A stretch of 14,840 bases of DNA from a bacterium (GTDB taxonomy: Bacteria > Arandabacterota > Arandabacteria > Arandabacterales > JALGWA01). Under the pieces are notes generated by a model, which was not told the DNA's origin, ran no database searches, and saw only the letters and a list, made by a program, of their open reading frames with translations. Every line of letters begins with the position of its first letter. Position 1 is the stretch's first letter. The stretch is from contig JASFEA010000079.1 of the NCBI GenBank assembly GCA_050125095.1, forward strand, positions 1 to 14,840, written 5' to 3'. Positions 1 to 6,887 of this stretch are shown here, in pieces. The position numbers were made by a program, and so were the translations under genes.

Positions 1-2
1 AT

Positions 3-275
3 ATACCGGCGTACGCCCTGATAACGGGCAATAGCCCGAACCCATTCAGGGAGATGACGCAAATAAGCTTCGGCATTCCAGCCGAAGGGCGGGTTCAGAT
101 CGTGGTGTACGACGTGGGAGGAAGGGTGGTCGACACACTCGCGGACCAGGTTTATTCAGCGGGATATCACTCGGTTACCTGGACCAGGGACGGTTCACTC
201 GGGATGGGCCTGTACTTCGTGAGTCTCCGGTTTGGCTCTGAAGAAGCAACGCACAAGGTGGTGCTCTTCAGATAG
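3..275 (+). CDS. 5'-truncated protein; C-terminal FlgD-Ig-like / T9SS type A sorting-like domain
   Basis: The frame is open from base 3: IPAYALITGNSPNPFREMTQISFGIP...VQIVVYDVGGRVVDTL...GYHSVTW...GLYFVSL...THKVVLFR*. The PNPF, YDxxGRxV, GxHxxxW, GxYF and terminal KVV pattern is typical of this domain. The ATG at 54 is internal. Confidence 0.88.
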   Translation: MPAYALITGNSPNPFREMTQISFGIPAEGRVQIVVYDVGGRVVDTLADQVYSAGYHSVTWTRDGSLGMGLYFVSLRFGSEEATHKVVLFR

Positions 276-293
276 CGGCGACATAGAGAATAT

Positions 294-329
294 AGAGCAG
301 GACATCCTCGATGGGTGTCCTGCTCTTTA
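294..329 (+). terminator. Intrinsic terminator-like hairpin between convergent genes, possibly bidirectional
   Basis: AGAGCAGGACATCC-tcgat-GGGTGTCCTGCTCT forms a 14-bp stem (one G-U pair) with a 5-nt loop. It starts 18 nt after the stop at 275 and has only a short T tail. Confidence 0.75.
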
Positions 330-528
330 GCTACAGAGTGATTGTATCTGAGCAAAATGACCTTCTCTCGTCCACAATGGTCCTGACCAGCTCTCGCTTA
401 CCGGCTGAAGCTGACAGGTATGCCAGGCAATTGCTGCACAACCTGTCCCGCAATACCTGCTGTCATCGGGTTCGGCGCAGTCTCTTAGGACCTCAGCCAC
501 GTCGACAGAGAGGGCTACCGGGGGTTAT

Positions 529-2283
529 CTATCCGGCAATCACGACCTTGGCGCTTCTTGCCACATTGCCGCAATCCAGCCTCAGGAAGTAGATGCCGGG
601 ACTCAGGCGCGTGCCATTCCGGTTCATTCCAGTCCACGGTATGCTGTGAAAGCCCGGGGGAACGTGGCCGCTCATGAGGTTCAGAATCTCTCTGCCAGTT
701 ACGCTGTACAGGGACAGGCTGACATAATGCGGCTCGGGGAGACCCAGGACTACCTTTGACGGACTGCGAACAGGATTCCCGCCCGAGATACTCAGCGTCC
801 AGTCCGCGGGCGCCTCGGTTATGTTGTTTATGTCCACACCCGATAGCGTTCCCCAGAGCGTGAAGTCGGCATCGCTGGCATCGGCGCCCTCATTGAAGCC
901 CCCATCCATAGCCGCCACCCTAACTCGCGCGGTCCTGGAGTCAATATCGGGGACACTCCAGATATAAGATGAGTCATTGGGAAGACCGGCTGCTATTGTG
1001 TCCGGGAAGCTGAGGCCGCCGTCTGTTGACAGCAGGATGGCGACCGAGTCGATGAGGGCATTGTCTGATGCGACCCACTGGATGTCGAATAACATGCCTT
1101 GCTCAAGCACTTCACCGCCGTTGGGCTGGATCACGAGTACCTCGGGCGGCCATGGATCGCGCTTAACCACCGGCACAATTGCGAAATCCTGATCGCCGGC
1201 GAAACGCATGCAACGATTTTCTCCGCATTCGGGATAATCCGCCTTAGCCTGGTCGTGTGCCGCCTTCACCGTCCAGCCCTGGCTGATATACTCAAAGAGT
1301 GCGGTCTGCCACAGGATAGACTGTCCCCAGCACACGTCGCATTCCGGCGCGTCCATGTTGCAATAGCCCACGACTACCGAGCTCTCCGGCTCGCCCTTCC
1401 TGAACTCGTATGCGAACGTGTCATCGACTTTCAGACAGAGGCCCCCGCAGCTTCCCACAAAAGCGAATGGCATCTTAGCGTAGTCGGCAATCCAGGCTTC
1501 GACTTCAGTTGCGGTTGTGGTTTCTCCGGCCAGCCCGTTCAGGCATCCGCTCGTGAACGTGCGGCTGTTGCCATGCGCGAGCTCGTAGAATAGCGCGGTC
1601 TGCCCCGACTGGATGTGACTTCTAACCTTATCTTCCTCCGGCCAGGCCACCGATTCGGTGGAGTACCCCATGGTCTCGAACCAGGTCCTCGCGTTCTCTC
1701 TCCAGTCGTCCCAGGTGCCGCTGCAGGGAATGAAAGTCCACGGTCCGCTCAGCGCGAAACCGGTATATGGCGGCGGGACGCCGTTGCCGAGTATGCTCCC
1801 GTCAACCGCGTCCACAAGGGTGATGGTCATATTGCCTTCCGCGATGTGACGGACTACCCAGCACGGGTTCTGCGGAACAGGCTCGAGCGGGAAGACGTCG
1901 GACTCGGGAGAGATTATGTAAAGGCTACTGCGGAGCACCTCGCCTTCGACAAGTGACTCGGCCTCTTCCCTGGTTATTTGGATGGGAGTGAGATAGTCCG
2001 GAAGGTCGTCCCTCCATCTCCTCCTGACCGATATGAGTTTCTCCGTGGCCGCGTCGAACTGGTACACGATGAAGTCATTCTCGACGATGGCCTCCCCGAG
2101 CTTCCTCTGATGATAATACACCAGGAGGTTGCCGGAGCTGTATTCCCTGAACTCGAGTTGGCCGTCTTCGTATTGGCTGAGCGGGCTCGGGGCTCCCGCG
2201 CACATGACCGGACAAAGCAGAATCAGGTATATGAGGGGCAGAAGTAACAACAGTTCCAACCCGTAGCGACGCACGTGTTTCAT
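529..2283 (-). CDS. Secreted multidomain protein: signal peptide, PepSY-like region, putative clan CD (caspase/gingipain-like) cysteine peptidase domain, PNGGE Ig-like domain, C-terminal FlgD-Ig/T9SS-like domain
   Basis: 584-aa ORF with a strong RBS (GAAGGAGGTG, 2291-2300, minus) and an N-terminus MKHVRR plus hydrophobic stretch. Motifs: ITREEAESL...CWVVR...LVDAVDGSILG (PepSY-like); FYELAHG (H237); FAFVGSC (C279); VLVIQPNGGEVL...IQW; tail GGNPV...LYSVTGREI...GFHSIPW...PGIYFLRL...AKVVIAG. The CDS itself is secure; the peptidase call is inference. Confidence 0.8.
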   Translation of the reverse strand: MKHVRRYGLELLLLLPLIYLILLCPVMCAGAPSPLSQYEDGQLEFREYSSGNLLVYYHQRKLGEAIVENDFIVYQFDAATEKLISVRRRWRDDLPDYLTPIQITREEAESLVEGEVLRSSLYIISPESDVFPLEPVPQNPCWVVRHIAEGNMTITLVDAVDGSILGNGVPPPYTGFALSGPWTFIPCSGTWDDWRENARTWFETMGYSTESVAWPEEDKVRSHIQSGQTALFYELAHGNSRTFTSGCLNGLAGETTTATEVEAWIADYAKMPFAFVGSCGGLCLKVDDTFAYEFRKGEPESSVVVGYCNMDAPECDVCWGQSILWQTALFEYISQGWTVKAAHDQAKADYPECGENRCMRFAGDQDFAIVPVVKRDPWPPEVLVIQPNGGEVLEQGMLFDIQWVASDNALIDSVAILLSTDGGLSFPDTIAAGLPNDSSYIWSVPDIDSRTARVRVAAMDGGFNEGADASDADFTLWGTLSGVDINNITEAPADWTLSISGGNPVRSPSKVVLGLPEPHYVSLSLYSVTGREILNLMSGHVPPGFHSIPWTGMNRNGTRLSPGIYFLRLDCGNVARSAKVVIAG

Positions 2284-2321
2284 TTACTCGCACCTCCTTC
2301 GCTGATAATGCCCTCGACCTG

Positions 2322-2350
2322 ACTATATGAAAAGGGAGCGCTTTTGACTA
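2322..2350 (-). promoter_or_regulatory. Candidate sigma70-type promoter for the 584-aa gene
   Basis: The minus strand reads TAGTCA-N17-TATAGT, about 20 nt upstream of the RBS. Confidence 0.35.
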
Positions 2351-2539
2351 CCGCAGTCGTCGGTCGACCTTGGACCAGGGGGAACGTTACCCTGACACGG
2401 CCAGGACTAAACAGGAGAGAATGGATATTTGTCTGCGGGTATAACTCTCGGTTGGGGAAATGAAGAAGGTGGCGGCCGTTTGACGCAGCCGCGCCGGCGG
2501 TATCCGAGAAGCCCGCCCGGTCCCGGACCAGCCGCGGAA

Positions 2540-3718
2540 TCACCGACCCGTATTGATATGGATGACCCTGGCCGGGGGGAAACCGTTGAAGCTCGTTGCC
2601 GAAACTGAGCTGTAGGCGCCTATGTTCGCGGTGTACAATAGGTCCCCGTATTGCAGGTTGGCCGGCAGGTTCGCCGCGAGCGTCACCTTATCGAAGCTGT
2701 CGCAGGTCGGGCCTACCACGGCACATATCTCGCGCCGGCCCTTGCGGAAGGACCCGAAATTGGGAACCCAGTGGTCGAAGACCACGCCGGAGAAGTCGTG
2801 ATATACGCCGTCGTCTATATGGTAGACGCGCTTGCCGTCCCGCCGTGCCCGCCCGATGATCTTCGAGACGAGGGTCCCGGCTGTGGCGACGATAAACCGG
2901 CCCGGCTCGGCCAGGATCTCTATGTTCCGGTCGGGGAATAGCCGCTCTATCTCGGAGTTGATTGTCCTGGCCAGGGGCTCGAATCTCGGTACTGCCCTAT
3001 CATATGCGGCAGGAAAGCCTCCGCCTATATTAATGAGATTCAGCTTCTTCTGCTTTCCCCGGCGGCTCCGGTTCGCGGCACTGAAGATCTCGTGTGCCGT
3101 GCTGAGAGCCTCCACATAGTTGCTGGGATTCATGCATTGGCTGCCCACGTGAAAACTCAGGCCCTCTACCGGCATGCCCATAGCGAACGCTTTCTCAATG
3201 AGGTCGTTGGCATTGGCCGGAGCCACCCCGAACTTGGAATTGAGCTCAACAACCGACCCGGTGTCCGATACGGTAAGGCGTAGAATCAGCCCGGCGGTAT
3301 TGCAGTGGCGCTTGATCTTCCTGATCTCGTCCTCATTGTCGAACGCCACGAGCGGCCTGTAGGGCCTGAGGTTCTCGAGGGTCTCGATGTCTTTGATCGT
3401 GTTTGAGAAAATCATCTTGTCCCAAATAAAACCGAAGCGCTTATCGTCCGGCCAGTCTTCTATGTGCTCGTGAACCGCCATGAATTCCGGGAATGAAGCG
3501 ACATCGAAACTCGCCCCTTCATCGAAGAGCGTCTTTATAATTTCGGGATGTGAATTCGCCTTTACCGCGTAATAGGCCTGGACCCGCGGAAGGCGTTTTC
3601 TGAAACGCCGGTAGTTGCGCCTGATCTCATCGTGGTCCATGATGAGTAGGGGGGTGCCGTGCTCTTCGACCAGGGCGAGCATGATACTCTTGTCGATTTT
3701 ACTCTTGATGGCCGGCAA
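2540..3718 (-). CDS. PLP-dependent fold-type III (alanine racemase fold) ornithine or lysine/ornithine decarboxylase
   Basis: Motifs YYAVKAN (PLP lysine), FDVAS, SKFG, SFHVGSQ, NIGGGF, AEPGRF, DDGVY, GPTCDSFD and GAYS...FNGF. The segment FSGVVFDH has Asp at the position equivalent to eukaryotic ODC D332. Confidence 0.93.
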   Translation of the reverse strand: MPAIKSKIDKSIMLALVEEHGTPLLIMDHDEIRRNYRRFRKRLPRVQAYYAVKANSHPEIIKTLFDEGASFDVASFPEFMAVHEHIEDWPDDKRFGFIWDKMIFSNTIKDIETLENLRPYRPLVAFDNEDEIRKIKRHCNTAGLILRLTVSDTGSVVELNSKFGVAPANANDLIEKAFAMGMPVEGLSFHVGSQCMNPSNYVEALSTAHEIFSAANRSRRGKQKKLNLINIGGGFPAAYDRAVPRFEPLARTINSEIERLFPDRNIEILAEPGRFIVATAGTLVSKIIGRARRDGKRVYHIDDGVYHDFSGVVFDHWVPNFGSFRKGRREICAVVGPTCDSFDKVTLAANLPANLQYGDLLYTANIGAYSSVSATSFNGFPPARVIHINTGR

Positions 3719-4868
3719 GTCGGTTCTCCAGTTCCGTCATCTCCTCCGGCGCGTTCTTGCGGAAGTTCTCGAAATAGGCCTCGCGGAGCATCGCAAAGAG
3801 CTCCGTACGCCGGTCGTAGAGCCGTCTCAGCTTCTTGGACTCAGTATTCTGCAGCACATAGGCTGTGATCAGAGGAAGCGCTATGGTACAATCGGCATAG
3901 ACTATCACGCTGCTGTGGACGCTGTCGGGATCGATCTTGCCCCAGGTGACGGCTTCCTTCGGTGTGGCGCCCGAAAGCCCCCCCGTATCCGGCCTGGCGT
4001 CGGTTATCTGGATAAAGTAGTCCTGGCCGGCCTCCTTGATCCTGAGTATCTCCTGGATCTGCGGCTCGGTCTGAAGCATAAAGTTCTTGGGAGACCCGCC
4101 GCCGACCAGGAGCACCGCGGCCCTACCGTTCTCGTGCTTCTTGGCATTGAGTATGATCGCCGTTGACTCGTTGACGTCGATGCTGGGGTTGATCCTGAGC
4201 TTGAACTTCTCACTGAGCAGTTCCAGGCCCGCCACGTTCATGCCGATTGTGCTGTCGCCCGGGGAAGAGGTGAATATGGGGATGCCGTTTCGGTAGGCTG
4301 CAGCCAGTATGCTTACCTGGCCTGTCTTATTCGCCCGCTCGCTCTCATCCACCGCCTTGCCCAGAATGTGGTAGAATTCCTGCGTGCCCATCTCCCTCTG
4401 AAACTCAGGTCGGACAAGCAGCTTTCTGAGCCTTCTGTCTGTCTCCATCAGGACTTCCTCATAGTCGAAGAGCACGTCATATATCCTCGTGACCCCGGCG
4501 CGCCTCAGCGCGCAGTCGTCGACGTTGGGCGAGCCCTCGAAAAGAGGAAGATTAAAAGCGTAATGGAGGTCGTGATACATGTTGGCACCGGTCGTGACGA
4601 TCCAGTCCACGAAGCCATGGTCCATTAACGCGATAATAGATGCCTGCATCCCGGCAGGCGTGAGCGCCCCCGCAAGGCTCATCCCCGTGGTGACATCCGG
4701 CTCCGAGAGCCTGCGCACGATGAGGTTGCATGCCTCCTTGATCCGCCCGGCATTGTACGCATTGAAGGTCTTATCGATGAGGTCGGTCACTGTGTATTCT
4801 GGGCTGATCGCCCTGGGCATTATTCTCCTGCCCGTCAGGTAGGCCCTCTTGTCCGAACTGTCATTCAT
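3699..4868 (-). CDS. speY: Deoxyhypusine synthase-like protein (bacterial homospermidine biosynthesis protein, SpeY type)
   Basis: Motifs LAGALTPAG, VTTGANMYHDLH, RIYDV, SSPGDSTIG, VGGGSPKNF and DARPDTGGLSGATPKEAVTWGKI, with the catalytic Lys of WGK retained. RBS GAGGAG at 4877-4882 (minus). It overlaps the decarboxylase start by 20 bp. Confidence 0.9.
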   Translation of the reverse strand: MNDSSDKRAYLTGRRIMPRAISPEYTVTDLIDKTFNAYNAGRIKEACNLIVRRLSEPDVTTGMSLAGALTPAGMQASIIALMDHGFVDWIVTTGANMYHDLHYAFNLPLFEGSPNVDDCALRRAGVTRIYDVLFDYEEVLMETDRRLRKLLVRPEFQREMGTQEFYHILGKAVDESERANKTGQVSILAAAYRNGIPIFTSSPGDSTIGMNVAGLELLSEKFKLRINPSIDVNESTAIILNAKKHENGRAAVLLVGGGSPKNFMLQTEPQIQEILRIKEAGQDYFIQITDARPDTGGLSGATPKEAVTWGKIDPDSVHSSVIVYADCTIALPLITAYVLQNTESKKLRRLYDRRTELFAMLREAYFENFRKNAPEEMTELENRLAGHQE

Positions 4869-4959
4869 CCTTGTGACTCCTCAGGTTTCGGCCGGCCTGT
4901 AGGCCCCATGGCCGGCATAATCGGTCATTCCGGCTTTCCGGGTATTCCGCAAAACCCGT

Positions 4960-4988
4960 AGAATATAACCCGGTCGGCCCGCGCTCAA
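4960..4988 (-). promoter_or_regulatory. Candidate sigma70 promoter for the speY-decarboxylase operon
   Basis: The minus strand reads TTGAGC-N17-TATTCT, about 90 nt upstream of the speY start. Confidence 0.45.
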
Positions 4989-5040
4989 TCGTATTGCAGC
5001 AGTCCCACCCGCGCAATATCTTTGTTCCCGCGAATATAAC

Positions 5041-5619
5041 TCATGATTCCACGGGAGCCTGTGTCAGCTCCTGGAAAATCACGGGGGCGGCAGCAAGCCG
5101 TTTATAAAGATTCATCTCTCTATTGTGCGGCGGCCACTGGATCAGGAAGTTCGCCAGCGCCTCCCAGAGCGAAACCCAGGAAGCGACAGTTATCCCTTCG
5201 GACATGACCCTCCCGGCAAGGCTTTCGGGCGCCAGGAATCTCTGATGTGCCCATACCGATAAGATGAGCAACCCGAGGCCGGTCAGAAGGAAAATCACTG
5301 ACGTGCGCAGAGCCTTTCGCATGTCATCTTCCTCCGCGCTTATCAGGTATGAGAAATATGAAGCGATGCTGTTCCGGACTCTGGAAGCTACCTCTTCATC
5401 AGGTACGGAGGGGAGGTTCATGCGTATAAGGAAGGAGTGCTTCCCGACCTCCTTCGCGCAGCCTATGAGGTAGTCTACGAAGTCCGGGTCGAGGTCCTTC
5501 TTCGTATAAGGGGCTTTTCTGTCGAAGTCATTGTATAGATACTCCGGTCGGTCGGTATAGACATCGATTATGACGCTGCCGTCTTCAGCGCGCGCGTAAC
5601 GGCTTAATATGTCCTTCAT
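5041..5619 (-). CDS. Hypothetical membrane protein (soluble N-terminal domain plus two TM helices)
   Basis: 192-aa ORF that fills the gap between speY and the GNAT gene. It has the segment LYNDFDRKAPYTKKDLDPDFVDYL and hydrophobic segments SVIFLLTGLGLLILSVWA and EGITVASWVSLWEALANFLIQW. Confidence 0.82.
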   Translation of the reverse strand: MKDILSRYARAEDGSVIIDVYTDRPEYLYNDFDRKAPYTKKDLDPDFVDYLIGCAKEVGKHSFLIRMNLPSVPDEEVASRVRNSIASYFSYLISAEEDDMRKALRTSVIFLLTGLGLLILSVWAHQRFLAPESLAGRVMSEGITVASWVSLWEALANFLIQWPPHNREMNLYKRLAAAPVIFQELTQAPVES

Positions 5620-5653
5620 GACTTAGGGCCCTCTTTCTGTCCCTGGCCGCTAT

Positions 5654-5662
5654 ATTCTAACA
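5654..5662 (-). promoter_or_regulatory. Candidate extended -10 element for the 192-aa gene
   Basis: The minus strand reads TG-t-TAGAAT, 34 nt upstream of the ATG at 5619. Confidence 0.5.
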
Positions 5663-5721
5663 CGAGGGGTCTTTGGTGACCACAGGATAAGGAAACTATG
5701 TGGCGGAGCCGGGACCTGTGG

Positions 5722-5730
5722 TGCTAATAT
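5722..5730 (+). promoter_or_regulatory. Candidate extended -10 element for the GNAT/RimK operon
   Basis: TG-c-TAATAT lies upstream of the GAGGAG RBS (5757-5762) and the ATG at 5775. Confidence 0.4.
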
Positions 5731-5774
5731 ACCCTGGACTGGGTTACGGGCCGGGAGAGGAGCCCGGACAACAG

Positions 5775-6887
5775 ATGATCCGTGAAGCCGTACAATCAGA
5801 CCTGGATGCGTTACAGGAGATGGAGAACCTCTCCTTCAGCGGGGACAAGTTGTCTCGCCGCAGCCTTGCATATCTGATCAAGAAGGGACATGCAACCACG
5901 CTCGTGGAAGTGGATGACGCCCGGACACGTGGCTATGCTGTCGTTCTCTATAGAAAGGGGACATCACTGGCGCGGCTCTATTCCATCGTCGTCCACCCCG
6001 ACTTCAGGGGATTCAGGATTGGGTCGGCACTACTTGAGTCCGCAGAGAGGGACGCTCTTGACAATGACTGCGTAATAATGCGCCTCGAAGTCCGACAGGA
6101 CAATCTCACAGCCATAAATCTATACAAGGAGCATGGCTATCGCGCCTTCGGCGCCATGCCGGACTACTATGAAGACCATGAAACGGCCCTGCGCTTCGAA
6201 AAGCGCCTGGTTCCCCATCTTGCCCTGGACATGGTGAAGGTACCCTTCTACAGGCAGACTCTTGACTTCACATGCGGCCCTGCGGCCCTTATGATGGCAA
6301 TGAAGGCGCTGGATCCTGAGCTGGAGTTCAGTCGCAGGCTGGAGCTCAGGATATGGCGGGAATCCACCACCGTCTTCATGGCCGCAGGCCACGGAGGCTG
6401 CGACTCTCTGGGGCTTGCCCTCGCGGCAAACAGAAGGGGATTCGATGTCGATCTCTTCATTAACGCCAGGGCGCCGTTTTTCATGCACTCGGTACGCGAT
6501 CCCAGGAAGAAGGAAGTCATAAGTCTCATCCACGAGGACCGCATGGACGAGATAAGAGAGTCGAGCATAAAGCTCCACCATCGCGTCGTCGGGCTCGCGG
6601 AGCTTCAGCGGCGCTTCTTCGAGGGCGCCATCCCCATCGTATTGGTATCTTCATATCGCATCTATCATGAGAAGACGCCCCACTGGCTGGTAATAACGGG
6701 TTTCGAGAAGAAATACGTCTACGTACATGATTCCTTCGTTGACGTCGAGGATGGCAGGACTGAATCGGACAGCATAAATATGCCCATCCTCAAGAAGGAC
6801 TTCCAACGCATGTCCCGTTTTGGTGGGGCCGGACTCAAGGCCGTAATCATGTTGAGTGAACGCAAAGGGGATCGGGCGAAAGAATAA
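5775..6887 (+). CDS. RimI-like GNAT N-acetyltransferase fused to a C39-like papain-fold peptidase (DUF3335 type)
   Basis: GNAT: MIREA start, ARLYSIVVHPDFRGFRIG (motif A), RLEVRQDNLTAINLYKEHGY (motif B). Peptidase: FYRQTLDFTCGPAALMMAM (Gln, Cys), PHWLVITG (His), VYVHDS (Asp). The ATG at 5775 is preferred over the GTG at 5700 because of the RBS and the domain start. Confidence 0.92.
   Translation: MIREAVQSDLDALQEMENLSFSGDKLSRRSLAYLIKKGHATTLVEVDDARTRGYAVVLYRKGTSLARLYSIVVHPDFRGFRIGSALLESAERDALDNDCVIMRLEVRQDNLTAINLYKEHGYRAFGAMPDYYEDHETALRFEKRLVPHLALDMVKVPFYRQTLDFTCGPAALMMAMKALDPELEFSRRLELRIWRESTTVFMAAGHGGCDSLGLALAANRRGFDVDLFINARAPFFMHSVRDPRKKEVISLIHEDRMDEIRESSIKLHHRVVGLAELQRRFFEGAIPIVLVSSYRIYHEKTPHWLVITGFEKKYVYVHDSFVDVEDGRTESDSINMPILKKDFQRMSRFGGAGLKAVIMLSERKGDRAKE

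Noticed and set aside
311..592. 93-aa plus-strand ORF in the convergent gap
   Set aside because: It starts inside the terminator hairpin, has no RBS or recognisable motif, and overlaps the 3' end of the 584-aa gene on the opposite strand.
2280..2543. 87-aa minus-strand ORF that exactly bridges the decarboxylase stop and the 584-aa gene start with 4-bp overlaps
   Set aside because: The neat overlaps are suggestive, but the product has no protein-like motif. The region also holds the downstream gene's strong RBS and a candidate promoter. It is probably intergenic but cannot be fully excluded.
3699..4868. Reading the DHS homologue as a true eIF5A or EF-P hypusination enzyme
   Set aside because: The context is bacterial, no efp or aIF5A gene is nearby, and operonic coupling to a diamine-forming decarboxylase favours small-molecule polyamine synthesis.
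4961..5040. 9-mer GAATATAAC occurring twice (4961-4969 and 5032-5040) upstream of speY
   Set aside because: There are only two short copies 71 bp apart, and one overlaps the candidate -10 element. That is not enough to call an operator or repeat array.
5700..5774. GTG start giving a 25-aa N-terminal extension of the GNAT fusion
   Set aside because: The extension is low-complexity and contains a candidate -10 element and the RBS. The GNAT domain begins at MIREA (5775).
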